A DNA stretch of 64,000 nucleotides from Narcine bancroftii (lineage: Eukaryota). Below the pieces are notes generated by a model, which saw nothing but the letters and a program-made list of their open reading frames with translations, made no database searches and had not been told where the DNA came from. The stretch covers positions 210,986,001 to 211,050,000 of the forward strand of contig NC_091473.1 of the NCBI RefSeq assembly GCF_036971445.1, in the 5' to 3' direction. The translations under genes and the position numbers were made by a program. This document shows, in pieces, positions 12,955 to 26,049 of this stretch; the first letter of the stretch is position 1, and each line of letters opens with the position of its first letter.

Positions 12955-15900
12955 CTTTTTTTTTATTTTTTATTTTTTTTAAAAATTTTTTATTTTTCAC
13001 ACCATAAATCACATTAGCCATGATGTACACTTTTTCTTTTTCACACATATACAGTGACTTTTTCTCCCCCCCCTCCCTCCTCCCAAGCCACCCCCCCACC
13101 CCCACTCTCATCCATTTTAGGTATACAATCTAGGTTGCATTAAACCCGTCAGACAATGTTGTCATTCAACAAAAATACACCAGAAATTCTACTGAGTCCA
13201 TTCTTTTCTTTCCTTCTCCTTCCATCAACTTAGGTAATGTTTGTCCCCGGGAGGTTTTCGCTATTGTATTTAATGTAAGGCTCCCATACTTGTTCGAATA
13301 TTTCAATATTATTTCTTAAACTATATGTTATTTTTTCTAATGGAATACATTTATTCATTTCTATATACCATTGTTGTATTTTCAAATTATCTTCCAATTT
13401 CCAGGTTGACATAATACATTTTTTTGCTACGGCTAGGGCTATCTTAACAAATCTTTTTTGTGCATCCTCCAAATCAATTCCAAATTCTTTGTTTTTTATG
13501 TTACTTAGGAGAAAGATCTCTGGATTCTTTGGTATATTGTTTTCTGTTATTTTATTTAATATCTGATTGAGATCATCCCAAAATTTTTCTACTCTCTCAC
13601 ATGTCCAGATTGCATGAATTGTTGTTCCCATTTATTTTTTACATCGAAAACATCTATCAGATACTGTTGGGTCCCATTTATTTAACTTTTGCGGTGTAAT
13701 GTATAGTCTGTGTAACCAATTATATTGTATCATACGTAGCCTCGTATTTATTGTATTTCTCATCGTTCCAGAACATAATTTCTCCCATGTTTCCTTTTTT
13801 ATCTTTATATTTAAATCTTGTTCCCATTTTTGTTTAGTTTTACCATTTGTTTCCTCATTCTCCTTTTCTTGCAGTTTAATATACATATTTGTTATAAATC
13901 TTTTGATTAACATTGTATCTGTAATCACATATTCAAAGTTACTTACCTCTGGTAAACTCAAATTGCTTCCTAATTTATCTTTCAAGTAGGATCTCAGTTG
14001 GTAATATGCCAGCACTGTATCTCCAGTTATATTGTACTTATCTCTCATTTGTTCAAAGGATAAGAATCTACTTCCTGAAAAACAATTTTCTATTCTTTTA
14101 ATCCCTTTTTTTTCCCATTCTCTAAAGGAAAGGTTATCTATTGTAAAAGGGAGTAGCTTATTTTGCGTCAATATTAGTTTTGGTAATTGATAATTTGTTT
14201 TATTTCTTTCTACATGAATCTTCTTCCAAATATTGAGGAGATGATGTAATACTGGAGAAGTTCTATGTTGTACCAATTTTTCGTCCCATTTATATAATAT
14301 GTGTTCAGGTATCTTTTCCCCTATTTTATCTAATTCTAATCTCATCCAGTCTGGTTTTCCCCTTGTTTGATAAAAATCTGATAGGTATCTTAATTGTGCG
14401 GCTCTATAATAATTTTTGAAGTTTGGCAATTGTAAGCCTCCTTGTTTATACCATTCTGTTAATTTATCTAGTGCTATCCTCGGTTTCCCCCCTCTCCATA
14501 AAAATTTCCTTATTATTTTCTTTAACTCTTTGAAGAATTTTTCTGTCAGTTCTATTGGCAATGCCTGAAATAAGTATAATATCCTTGGAAAAATGTTCAT
14601 TTTAATACAGTTTATCCTTCCTATCAGTGTTAGTGGTAGATCTTTCCAATGCTCTAAATCGTCCTGTAATTTTTTCATTAGTGGATTGTAATTGAGTTTA
14701 TATAATTGGCCTAGATTTTTGTTTATTTGTACACCTAGGTATCTTATTGCCTGCATTTGCCATCTGAATGGAGATTCCTTCTTAAATTTTGAGAAATCTG
14801 CATTATTCATAGGCATTGCTTCACTTTTATTTACGTTTATCTTGTAACCCGACACTTCTCCATATTCCTTCAATTTCTTATATAATTCTTTTATTGATAG
14901 TTCTAGTTCTGTTAAGTACACTATAACATCATCCGCAAATAAACATTTTATATTCCCTGTCTTTTATTTTTATTCCTTTTATATTATTATCTATTCTTAT
15001 CAATTCTGCTAGTGGTTCTATAGCTAGCGCAAACAATAAAGGTGATAGTGGGCATCCCTGCCGCGTTGACCTGCTTAAGTTAAATTGCTTTGATACATGT
15101 CCATTTACTGTCACTTTCGCTAACGGTCCCTTATATAATGCTTTAATCCAATTAATATACTTCTCCAGTAAACTGAATTTTTGCAATACTTTGAACAAAT
15201 AATTCCATTCTACTCTGTCGAAGGCCTTCTCTGCGTCTAAAGCAACTGCTACTGCAGGTGCTTTATTTCCTTCTACTGCATGAATTAAGTTAATAAATTT
15301 ACAAATATTGCCTGTTGTGCGTCTTTTTTTGATAAATCCAGTTTGGTCTAAATTTACCATTTTCGGTACCTGTTCTGCTAATCTGTTTGCTAATAGTTTA
15401 GCTATTATCTTATAATCTGTGTTTAGCAAAGATATTGGTCTATATGACGCTGGTGAGAGTGGATCTTTCCCTTGTTTTAGTATTACTGTAATTATTGCTG
15501 TTTTACATGAATCTGGTAAGTTTTGTGTCTCATCAATCTGGTTGATTACATCCAGGAGGGGCGGTATTAATAAGTCTTTAAATGTTTTGTAGAATTCTAT
15601 TGGAAATCCATCCTCTCCTGGTGTCTTATTATTTGGTAATTTTTATATTATCTCTTGTATTTCTACTGTTCCAAATGGTTCTGTTAATTTATTTTGTTCC
15701 TCTATTTGTAGTTTTGGTAGTTCAATTTTAGTCAAAAATTCATCTATTTTCCTTTCTTTCCCTTCGTTTTCAGTTCGGTATAATTGTTCATAGAATTCTC
15801 TAAAGTTTTCCTTAATTTCTTTTGGATTATATGTAATTTGTTTGTCTTTTTTCCTTGATGCCAATACCATTTTCTTAGCTTGCTCTGTCTTAAGCTGCCA

Positions 15901-17288
15901 TGCTAGGATTTTGTGCGTTTTTTCACCTAGTTCATAATATTTCTGTTTTGTCTTCATTATATTCTTCTCTACCTTATATGTTTGTAATGTTTCATATTTT
16001 ATTTTTTTATCCGCCAATTCTCTTCTTTTAGTTGTATCTTCCTTCATTGCTAATTTTTTTTCTATGTTTACTATTTCCCTTTCCAACTGCTCTGCTTCCT
16101 GATTATAGTCCTTCTTCATCTTGGTTACATAACTTATTATTTGCCCTCTAATGAATGCTTTCATTGCGTCCCATAGTATAAACTTATCTTCCACTGATTC
16201 CGTATTTACTTCAAAATACATTTTTAATTGTTTTTCAATAAATTCTCTAAAATCCTGTCTTTTAAGTAGCATGGGGTTTAATCTCCAACTATACATTCTT
16301 GGAGGGATATCCTCTAGCTTTACTGTCAATATTAAGGGTGAATGGTCCGATAGCATTCTCGCTTTATATTCTGTTTTTCTTACTCTATCCTGCATATTAG
16401 CTGATAACAAAAATAGGTCTATTCTTGAGTATGTTTTATGTCTAGCCGAGTAGTATGAGTATTCCTTTTCTTTTGGGTTTTGTTTCCTCCATATATCCAA
16501 AAGTTTCATTTCTTGCATTGATTTAATTATAAATTTGGTTACTTTGTTCTTCCTGTTAATTTTTTTCCCCGTTTTATCCATATTTGGATCCAAATTCAGG
16601 TTGAAATCCCCTCCTATTAGTATGTTCCCTTGTGTATTAGCTACCTTCAAAAAGATATCTTGCATAAACTTTTGATCTTCTTCGTTAGGTGAATATACAT
16701 TAAGTAGATTCCAAAACTCCGAATATATCTGACATTTTATCATAACATATCTCCCTGCTGGATCTATTATTTCCTCTTCTATTTTAAATGGCACATTTTT
16801 ACTAATTAATATAGCCACTCCTCTTGCTTTTGAATTATACGATGCTGCTGTTACATGTCCTACCCAATCTCTCTTTAATTTCTTGTGCTCCAATTCAGTT
16901 AAGTGTGTTTCTTGGACAAATGCTATATCAATTTTTTCCTTTTTCAGTAAATTTAGTAGTTTCTTCCTTTTAATTTGGTTATGTATTCCATTAATATTTA
17001 AAGTCATATAGTTCAGCGTAGCCATTTTATATTTTGTTTATCTTCTCTTTCCGTTTTTCCATCATTACCTTTCCTCCTTTTCCATTTCTGTTTTCTTATT
17101 TTCAACTCTTTATAAGACAACATTCCTACAACATCCAACATTTTCCTTATTCTCCTATTTATATCTTCTTTATCCCCAATCTCCCCTTCCCCTCCTGAGT
17201 TGTCCTTTATCCCTTGTCGGACAACCATATCTCCCCTCTCCATTTGGGTTTGCGAATCCACTCGCAAGCATCAACTGATTTTGCAGTG
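12955..17288 (-). mobile_element. 5'-truncated L1-clade LINE inserted into ERV-A RT
   Basis: A-rich tail (T run at 12955-12995), G-rich 3' UTR, 13-bp TSD GACATGTTTGCCT (12942-12954 / 17289-17301); no ORF1. Confidence 0.95.
13230..17025 (-). pseudogene. L1 ORF2 (APE endonuclease, RT, C-terminal cysteine-rich domain), near intact with about 3 lesions
   Basis: TLNING, VQETH, GGDFN, SRID, SDH endonuclease motifs; LDAEKAFD, RQGCPLSP, FADD (broken by frameshift), YLG; CFRC..H..W.C. Confidence 0.93.
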
Positions 17289-18771
17289 GACATGTTTGCC
17301 TTTGAATGGGAAAATCCTTTTACTGGACACAAGAATCAATACCGGTGGACAGTCCTTCCCCAGGGCTTTACATAATCACCAAATTTATTCGGCCAGGTCT
17401 TAGAACAAATCTTAGATGAGGCTCCTCGGAGAGAGAATTGTCTGTTGATACAATATGTTGATGATTTGTCAATTACGGGAAAAACGTACGAATTAGTTAA
17501 ACTGTTGAACTTTTGAATTTTCTGGAGAATAAGGGTCTCAGGGTGAGCGAATCCAAATTACAATTTGTTCAATCAGAAGTTAAATACTTAGGTCATCTGG
17601 TAAGTCAGGGAACTAGGAAAATAAGTTCAGAGAGGATGCGTGGTATTCTACAGATCCCCCCTCCCAAGAATGCCAAAGAACTTAGGAAATTCCTTGGTTT
17701 AGTGGAATACTGCCGAATCTGGATTGAAAATTATTCTAGCCTGGTCAGATTTCTCTATGATAAACTCACGATTCTAGGGGGCGAAGCTGTTGTCTGGACA
17801 GAGGAAGAGATTAAAGATTTTAACTTTGTGAAACAGCGCCTTATTAGTGCCCCAGTGTTGGCTTTACCCAACCTAAATAAGCCATTTGACCTATATACCA
17901 ATGCGAAAGGAGATGTGGCCACTGGAGTACTAACACAAGAGAGGACAGGCTGTAGACAGCCAGTTGCTTTTCTGTCAAAAGTTTTAGACCCTGTTTGTGG
18001 TGGTTGGCCAGAGTGTGTGCAAGCCATCGCAGCCATTGCTATTTTAGTTCAGGAAGGACGAAAGATTACGTTTGGTGCCCCGATGATGGTGCACACCCCT
18101 CACACAGTCCGCAATATTCTCTTACAACGTACTGGAAGGTGGCTTACAGACTCTAGAATTTTAAAATATGAAGCGATCCTGATGGATAGGGATGATTTGA
18201 CCCTGATTACGAATAAAGAGCACAATCCAGCAGCTTTTGGTGTAGTGCACACCTTTGGGAAGATCTGGAAAGTGCGGGGAATGATAACTGGAAAAGGACA
18301 AAAGTTGATCCATGAAAACTTAATTGACCAATCTCTAGATGCTCTTACATTACCTGAGGAATAGCTGTAGTTCATGTACGAAGCCATCAAAGTGGTGACA
18401 GTCCTGAAGCACAGGGGAACAGACAGGCAGATGCAGCTGCCAAACATGCTGCGCTCATAGAGAAAATAGACATGCAGCTGTTACTGCCCACCCCTGGAGT
18501 ATCCTATTCATTCTATTAAACTTGGTGATTGGATATATGTAAAAGCATGGCAAGATCACCAACTAAAACCTGTCTGGGATGGCCCCTATTGTGTACTTTT
18601 GATTACAGACACTGCCGTGCGAATGAAGGAAAAGGGATGGAGCCACATCCAACGAATTAAACGAGCTGCTGAACCACAGACTAACGACATTGATAATCTA
18701 TCCTCCACCGGGCGTGCAGTCCTTCATCCTTTTGATCTGAAAGTTACACTATGCCGGAAAAAAGTGCTGTA

Positions 18772-19846
18772 ATGTTGTTTTTTACCATTTCCTGTTTTGT
18801 TTACTTGTTGGTTCCCAATTTTTGGGAAATCACCAAATTGCTCACAAAGTATTAAGTCCTTCTGGAATAGGGGCAGCAGAGGTGACAGTTATTTACCTTT
18901 AAAATATAGACAGGGCACAGATATAAAGTATAGTCATAGTGGGGTATGGGTTAATATAGGTTCCCAACATGGACCAGGGGAACAGAACGGCTCTAGAGGA
19001 GTAGATTTGATTTGTATTTTGGCCTCTACAGGTTTTAAAAAGAGGAGTTTTAAAGGGATAGCACAAAGAAGAAGGTGGGACAATGACAGACAGAATGTTA
19101 GTCAGGATTGTACATGTAGCAGAGATAGAGTGAATACATATGCTAATGTTCACAGACAGGCTGCAACTCACAGGTTCAGTGATACTTATGCTAATGTTCG
19201 GAGACAAGCCTGCAACTGACAGGTTAAGTGACAAGAAACACCCCTCCCCAACTTGGTCCCCCGTAAATCATCCTTTGGGTCACACAGACATTCGGAATGT
19301 TAAGACCACCACTGTAAGGGGAGTTCCAGTTGTAAATGACATAAGCTGCTCCAGAACACCACAGCTGCTTGGCATTTAAATAATTTAATCAGACTCCAGC
19401 CTTGGAGATCATCACCGAACAGACAGTGATTGCCCTGAATTTATGGGCTGAAGAAAGACGACAGATACGAGCCACAGTTCAACAAAACTGCCTGGTTCCC
19501 GATTACTCGTTGGTTGCTGAAGGCAGCGTTGTGAAAGACAGGTTAATGACAATGCTCACAACGGTCAGGCGGTTAAAGACATTTCTTCAGGTATTCGAAA
19601 ATCTTCTCATGCCCAGGTTCAGGCTTGGCAACCTTGGTGGGATGGACTAGATTTTTTATTGGTAACTGGAGTCTGATACCCACAGCCCTTATAGCAGCTG
19701 GACTCGCTATTCTGGCCATTATGGTGCTCCCCTGCCTAAAGACGTGTGCAGTATTTAATTCAACGGACTCTTCGTCAGAACACTATAACCCAAAGGATGT
19801 ATGTTTCCCTAATTCTGTCTGATGATGCTGAGACTGCAGTTCGTTT
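18772..19846 (+). pseudogene. env: ERV-A copy 2 env-derived ORF, frameshifted, 3' end deleted
   Basis: TAATG at 18770-18774; collinear with 4867-5955. Confidence 0.8.
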
Positions 19847-20689
19847 ACAGCACGTAGGCAGACAGGATTGCCTAATGCCAAACTCATCCAGGAGGCAGAA
19901 GAATGTAAGGGGAGGGTATTTCTATACTGAAATCAACTGTATAAAAGTTGGGTGAGCCCCAGTGTGTGTGTGTGTATTCCCAGGGTAAGGGGAAAGCACC
20001 CAACTTTGCATTGTTGAATAATAAATGTTCTTTGTTCTCAATTTTTGTCTTGAGCAAATTCTGTGAAGGTACTTCTGTTTCTCACAGGTTCTTTTTAAAA
20101 CAACTAGATTTATTAACGAAGCCAAACATACACATTCCAGACCTCATGTGGAAGCATCCATCTTGAAAATACCCAAGATGCAACAGTATTCCTAAAATGC
20201 AATATTCTCCAGATGTTACAAACTCTGACTAACTCCTCCTGGTGGTAGCCATCTATCATTACAAGCACAGATACATTCCATTAACCCCTCTCAGGGCTCC
20301 TCAGACTGTACCTCTCTGCATTCACCTCCATGTTTCATCCCCCATGTGTCCGACCATGCCATCACAATGTCCAGATGTTCTACACTTGGAAAGGACTGCG
20401 ATCAATGTCCTGGGAGATTTTTTTGCCAGTGGTGTTGTGGAGGGTGAGACGACTATGGCAGGTGAATGATATTATCTACAGGATGACAGCAGGAAGTAAA
20501 ATAGAGACAGAAGCAAAAGGTAGAAAAGGGGAAAATCAAAGTGGAAACAGAAAAAATCAATCCAATAGACAAAAAGTCACATTAAAAACAGTCACGTGTG
20601 ACCATAATTTATCTGAATGGCCAGAGCATTGCAGAAAAGGTTAATACTAGTAATCAGTCCAAAGGAGTGTGATGTTATAGCCATTACAT

Positions 20690-21129
20690 CCAACTGCACT
20701 GGGTAGGTCACGTCTCCAGAATGGAGGACCATCGCCTTCCCAAGATCATGTTATATGGCGAGCTCTCCACTGGCCACCGAGACAGAGGAGCACCAAAGAA
20801 GAGGTACAAGGACTGCCTAAAGAAATCTCGGTGCCTGCCACATTGACCACCGCCAGTGGGCTGATATCGCCTCAAACCGTGCATCTTGGCGCCTCACATT
20901 TCGGCGGGCAGCAACCTCCTTTGAAGAAGACCACAGAGCCCACCACACTGACAAAAGACAAAGGAGGTAAAACCCAACACCCAACCCCAACCAACCAATT
21001 TTCCCTTGCAACCGCTGCAACCGTGTCTGCCTGTCCCGCATCGGTCTTGTCAGCCACAAACGAGCCTGAAGCTGACGTGGATATTACCCCTCCATTAATC
21101 TTCGTCTGCGAACCCAAGCCAAAGAAGAA
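20690..21129 (+). mobile_element. RTE-clade LINE 3' fragment
   Basis: encodes W.GHVSRMEDHRLPKIMLYGEL...GAPKKRYKDCLK and a terminal C2H2-like motif; GAA-type tail; absent from the paralogous segment at about 58750. Confidence 0.8.
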
Positions 21130-21549
21130 CATACATATGGTTGCATGTTGAAGATAATTGGGAATTAAATATCCTGGGATCTTAGGTAATTTGGAAGGAT
21201 AGGCAGGAAGTTATGAGAGGTGGGGTAGCACTCTTGATTCAGGATGAGATCAGGGTGATAGTGAGAGATGATTTAGTGTCCATTGAGCAGAATGTTGAAT
21301 TGATCTGGGTAGAGATTAGACATAATAACGGGGCAAAAATCACAGGTGGGGCCATCTATAGGTCATCAAATAAATAGCATTACATTAGCAAAGGCACTGA
21401 TCAATGAGTTTCCATCAGGTACATGATGATAATGTCATCCAGAAGGTGCTTCAGAAGTTAAGAAAGAGGGCAGAATCTTCCCATCAGAGCCATTTTTATT
21501 AAATGTCCATCAAGGTACAGGTCAGACAGGATCTGTCCGTACAGGCCAT

Positions 21550-21810
21550 CCCAGCAAGTACAAAGAGGAAGTGACCCAGGAGATCTGATGCAGTTTAGAT
21601 GAAAAATCCAATGAACAGATGCAGCAGGCTGACTGGGGATTATACAAACGCATGGAGAGCTGGAGCTGCAGGGGAAAACCCCCATCAGAACAACAATTTG
21701 GACTTCAATCGTCAACACCACTGCAAATTGGAGGGACAACACCTTATATCCGTTCTCCCCTGTCTCCAACCAGATGGCATGAACCTTGACTTCCAATCTC
21801 CATTAACCCC
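21550..21810 (+). mobile_element. Penelope-like (GIY-YIG end) degraded fragment
   Basis: CKLEGQHLI...LQPDGMNLDF motif; paralog at about 59200-59400. Confidence 0.4.
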
Positions 21811-22349
21811 TTTTAGAATCAGAACATTACTATACAGAAACAGGCCCTTTGGCCCTTTTTGTCTGTGCCAAACTATTTTTCTGCCTAGTCCCACTGACCT
21901 GCACCCAGTCCATTTCCCTCCATACCTCTTCCATCCATGTACTTGTTCAAATTCTTCTCAAAGTTAAAATGGAGCCTGCATTCACCATTTCAGCTGGCTG
22001 CTCGTCCCACACTCCTACCACTGTGTGAAGAATTGCCCCCTCACAGCACAGTCACACTTCCCTCCTCATTGCACATGCTCTAGCTGGCAATTTTGCACCT
22101 TGCATGCACCAGCCAGCACAATACAGGCCCCACAATTCCTTAACCATATAACCATATAACCATTTACGGAGCGGAAACAGGCCATGTTGGACTTTCGAGT
22201 CTGCACCGGTTCACTGATTTTGTGCGCCCTCTTCAGGCATTGGTGATTTTAAGTGTAATGTATCTGAGAATTTTAACATCTATCCATAGGTACTCTGTAC
22301 TTTGGATGTGAAATCTCATATTAAAATATTCAAAAACATTGGCTGTGTG

Positions 22350-22645
22350 GGAGAAGCCAGTGAGTGGCCGTGGACAATAGATTCTCAGACTGGAGGCCTG
22401 TGACTAGAGGTGTGCTGCAGGGATCGGTGCTGGGACCAGCGTAGCTTGTCATCTAGATCCACAATCTGGACAACAATGTGGTGATTGGATCAGCAAGTTT
22501 GCAGACAATACTCAGATCAGAAGCGTTGTGGACAGCAAGGAAGGTTTTCAAAGCTTGCAGAGGGATCTGGACCAGCTGAAATAAACAGCAGATGGAATTT
22601 AACATGAACAACTGTGAGGTGTTGCGTTTTGAAGGACAAACCTTA
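22350..22645 (+). mobile_element. CR1-clade LINE RT fragment
   Basis: SDWRPVTRGVLQGSVLGP...SKFADNTQ...LQRDLDQL...QMEFN motifs. Confidence 0.7.
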
Positions 22646-24230
22646 ATCTGGCCCTGATTAAAAGTTATGTGTGTATTTGTTTTGGAGCAACTTCAGGTCA
22701 ACCGTCAACAAAATTATAGCATTACATTGGCACAGGCACGTTGAAGTGTTTTAAAGGACTTTCAGGCTGCTACATGTTGTTGGGTGTGGAAATAATGTCG
22801 ACCAGAAGGTGATGAGGTGTCAAGAATGAGGCCTGAACCTTCCTGTCGCATCTATTTTTATTTGATGTCCGTCAAGGTGCAGGTCAGACAGAGTCTGTCC
22901 GTACCAGCCAGCCCAGTAACTCCTGTCAGAGAGAAACCCTCTGTCCTCTCCCTGTCACTTCTCTTCTCCCCTCTCACCTGTATCCACCTATGACCTTTTA
23001 CCAGTTCACCTATGCTGCTGCCCCTCCCTTTGTTTAATCGGGCAACTGGCTTTTTTTCCACATTCCTGAGAAACGGCCCAAATCCGAAACATCGATTGCC
23101 TTTAATTTCCTGTCCTGCTGAGAGAATCCCTTCCCACGTAGGGAGCAGGTGAATGGATACTGAGAAACCTCCTAAGTTCCTCACACATTTAAACAGAACC
23201 CACTTCTGTTGACACATTTCTCATGGTCCATAAAGGTCCAAGTCTCTGCTTTCTTTTCTCTTTCAAACATTCTGTCCAGATCTTGCCGGGTTTGCATGAA
23301 CATGGTGATTCCAAAATTGGTTTAGATCCAGGAGGAGTTAAAGTCAAACAAAGCGATTGCAATTAATTTAACAACCAGAGGAAACATTCACAAAACATTC
23401 AATAAAATGCAAAGCAACATCCCCCTGGAGTTAAACAAGAAAACCTGCAGATACTGGGGTCGAGGGCAGTTCACCAAAGGGCTGGAGAAACTCAGCAGGT
23501 CACGCAGCATCTACAGGAAGTAAAAGCTGAACCACGTTACGGGTCTGAGCCTTTCGTCACAAATCTGCACAAACAGGGAAAGGCCTGAATAAAAAAGTGG
23601 GGGGAGGAGCACAGGATAAAACGTCAGGGGTAATAGGTGAATCCACGTGGAAGGGGAGAAGAGAAAGAAGCCAAGAAGTGATGGGGGTGAGGTCAGAGGG
23701 ACCAAGGAGAGTAAAGCTCTGTCAGGAGATGGGAGGGAAGGGGACAAGGAGGAGGGAAAGAGAGAGAACGTTCCAGAACATTGGTGACTCTGCAGCTCAG
23801 TCCCTGGTGAAGGGGGCAGTCTCAGACTGAACCTTCAACTCTTCGTGCCTGACACAAGGAGTGAGGCCAATATCTGGGACTGGGATAAGTGTTGGGGCAG
23901 GGTTATTTGTGGATATGAAGGGGTGGGATTGAACCTGGAACCATCCATAACTGGGGAGTTGGATTCATTCTGGATGCTATATCTATGGAAATTACATGAG
24001 TTTGGGAATCCAATCTGCATCTGGCATTTTCTGGGAATGTGTGGGATTCCCCGTGGATTCTTTCTCCACGAGTGTCCCAGTCCATCATTCCTACCCAATC
24101 TCTTTTCAATTTTAGGTGTTCTTTTTCAGTTAAATGAGTCTCTTGTTAAAATGCAATATCTGCTCTCAATTTCTTAATACAAAGCAGAAATCCCTTTCTT
24201 TTTATTTTTCTGTGGATCCCATTAATATTA

Positions 24231-25265
24231 TGTAATGGATTATGTTATAGATATGTTTTAAAGGAGATAAATTCTAGCAGGTTTTTTTAGTGTAGGTCAC
24301 AAACAAACACTTCACAACACAGATCTCATTTAAAATGTCAGAGCTCTTCTCAAGACAGACATTGAGTGTTTTTGGAAAAACTTTGAAGAATGCTTATAGA
24401 GACTTCACAAGTCAGTATTAATTGGACAGGCTGTGGAGTAATGAATTATCTTTTTGGAAAGCAACAGATGAACGAACTCAGAAGATTATGTCTGGTGCTG
24501 CAGTCTGTCTAAAGGCAATTGACTGTTCCAAGAGGGTCATGTGGTTTACTCTGAGTGAGGGAGACAGAGAAGACAGTTCTACAGTTCAGCAACAGCAGCT
24601 GGGACTGGAACAGGACAAGCTGGCAAGCTTATGGAAAAACCCCATTTTGAAGATGGGTTGTGAGTTCTTAGTTCAGCCTGGTCAAAGCCCTTGTGGTCCA
24701 TACAAGAGGAGATGGCCTGCTGTTTCACTTCACTCTGTTTCATTTCAATATTTCACTTGAAATAAGGGAAACAAAAAGGAATTCTGTGGTGCCCTGGAGG
24801 AAAGAGGCTATCACCTGGAAAACCTTGATGGGGCAAATTTCTTCGACAAGACACTGAAGTGGCTGATCAGAAGGAATCAGTTGTGGGTGTCCAATGAGCA
24901 ACAAATCTCTCTGAAAACTTACAAGAAACTTCCTGAGTGGTAATCATTTACCTTTCAAGCATCAAAGCCTGGTGAACTTCATAAATGTTAAATTCTGTGC
25001 CCTGATACCAGTGAATTTGGAAGAGTGAGAAGTGAGATTAGACTGTGAACCAAACAACTTTTTTGTTCTTACCCGTTCATTACATACATGTGCGCTTAGA
25101 ATTAGAAGGGGGTTAAGTTGGATTAAGTAAGTTAATAGTAATAAGGTAAAATTTGATCCTGTTTTCATGTTTAAAGATAATTAAAAGCATCTTTTGTTTA
25201 AGTAACCATTTGCCTTGGTGAATATCTATTGCTGCTGGGTTTTGCGGTCCTGCGGGCCCATAACA
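24231..25265 (+). mobile_element. solo LTR, family LTR-X (1035 bp)
   Basis: TGTAATGG...CCCATAACA ends, TSD ATTA (24227-24230 / 25266-25269); homolog at 968-1485. Confidence 0.85.
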
Positions 25266-26049
25266 ATTAAAACATAATCTTAATTGCTTTATTCATTTTC
25301 CTTATTTATAAAATCCCCTTTCATTACTCCTATCCAGGAAGAATTCCAATAAAATAATTGGATCCTGGACGCCATCATCTGCAATTGGAAAACATTAAAA
25401 TTCTTCAAATTGAATACAATATATTTAATTACTAAAGAAAAAGATACAAAACAAAACAAAACAAAAAATCCTCCCCAACAAGTGCTGGAAAAACAAGCAC
25501 AACCTCCCTCCATTCATGGCCAAGCCTTGAGAATACATGCAGAAATAATTACCCTTTTTTTGAGAAAATGTTGATTCTGTATTTGGTATGTATGATTTTA
25601 GATGTTCGGTAATTTTTTTTATTTCAGTTTTGTGTGGGGAATTGGTATATTGTAATTCAACCCACGATGATTATATTTTTTGTATAAATATTTTTTGTAT
25701 ATATTTTAAGCTCTGGGGGGGTAGGGTAGTTAGGGTTGGGATGGTGGGGTGGGGGATGGGGGGTATAGGGGGTAGTTTAATTTTGTTTTCTTTTATTTTA
25801 TTTTGTATTCTATATTTGTATTTTGCAAAATTTTAAATAAACTTAAAAAAAGAGAGAATACTTGCAGAAATCCATTCATCCCATCCCCTGCCCAAGGGGT
25901 GGGGGGGGGGGAAGAAAACATTGAATTAATCAACAATTACATCTAATATAAGAATTCTTCAACCATCAGAGAGAAAAAAGAGAGTAACCCCTCTCCCTGT
26001 GTATTAAATTCATTGCAACAAATCAGTGCCTTCTGTTACTTGAATTTTA

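Larger units (their letters stand above)
11496..18772 (+). pseudogene. pol: ERV-A copy 2 pro-pol, split by a solo LTR and an L1; RNase H partly and integrase mostly deleted
   Basis: protease LVDSGA (11527-), RT pieces 12501-12954 and 17289-18232 collinear with copy 1. Confidence 0.9.
8998..20086 (+). mobile_element. ERV-A provirus copy 2; 5' LTR truncated, four internal deletions, three nested insertions
   Basis: partial 5' LTR 8998-9304, PBS, gag, pro, pol, env remnant, partial 3' LTR 19847-20086. Confidence 0.92.
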
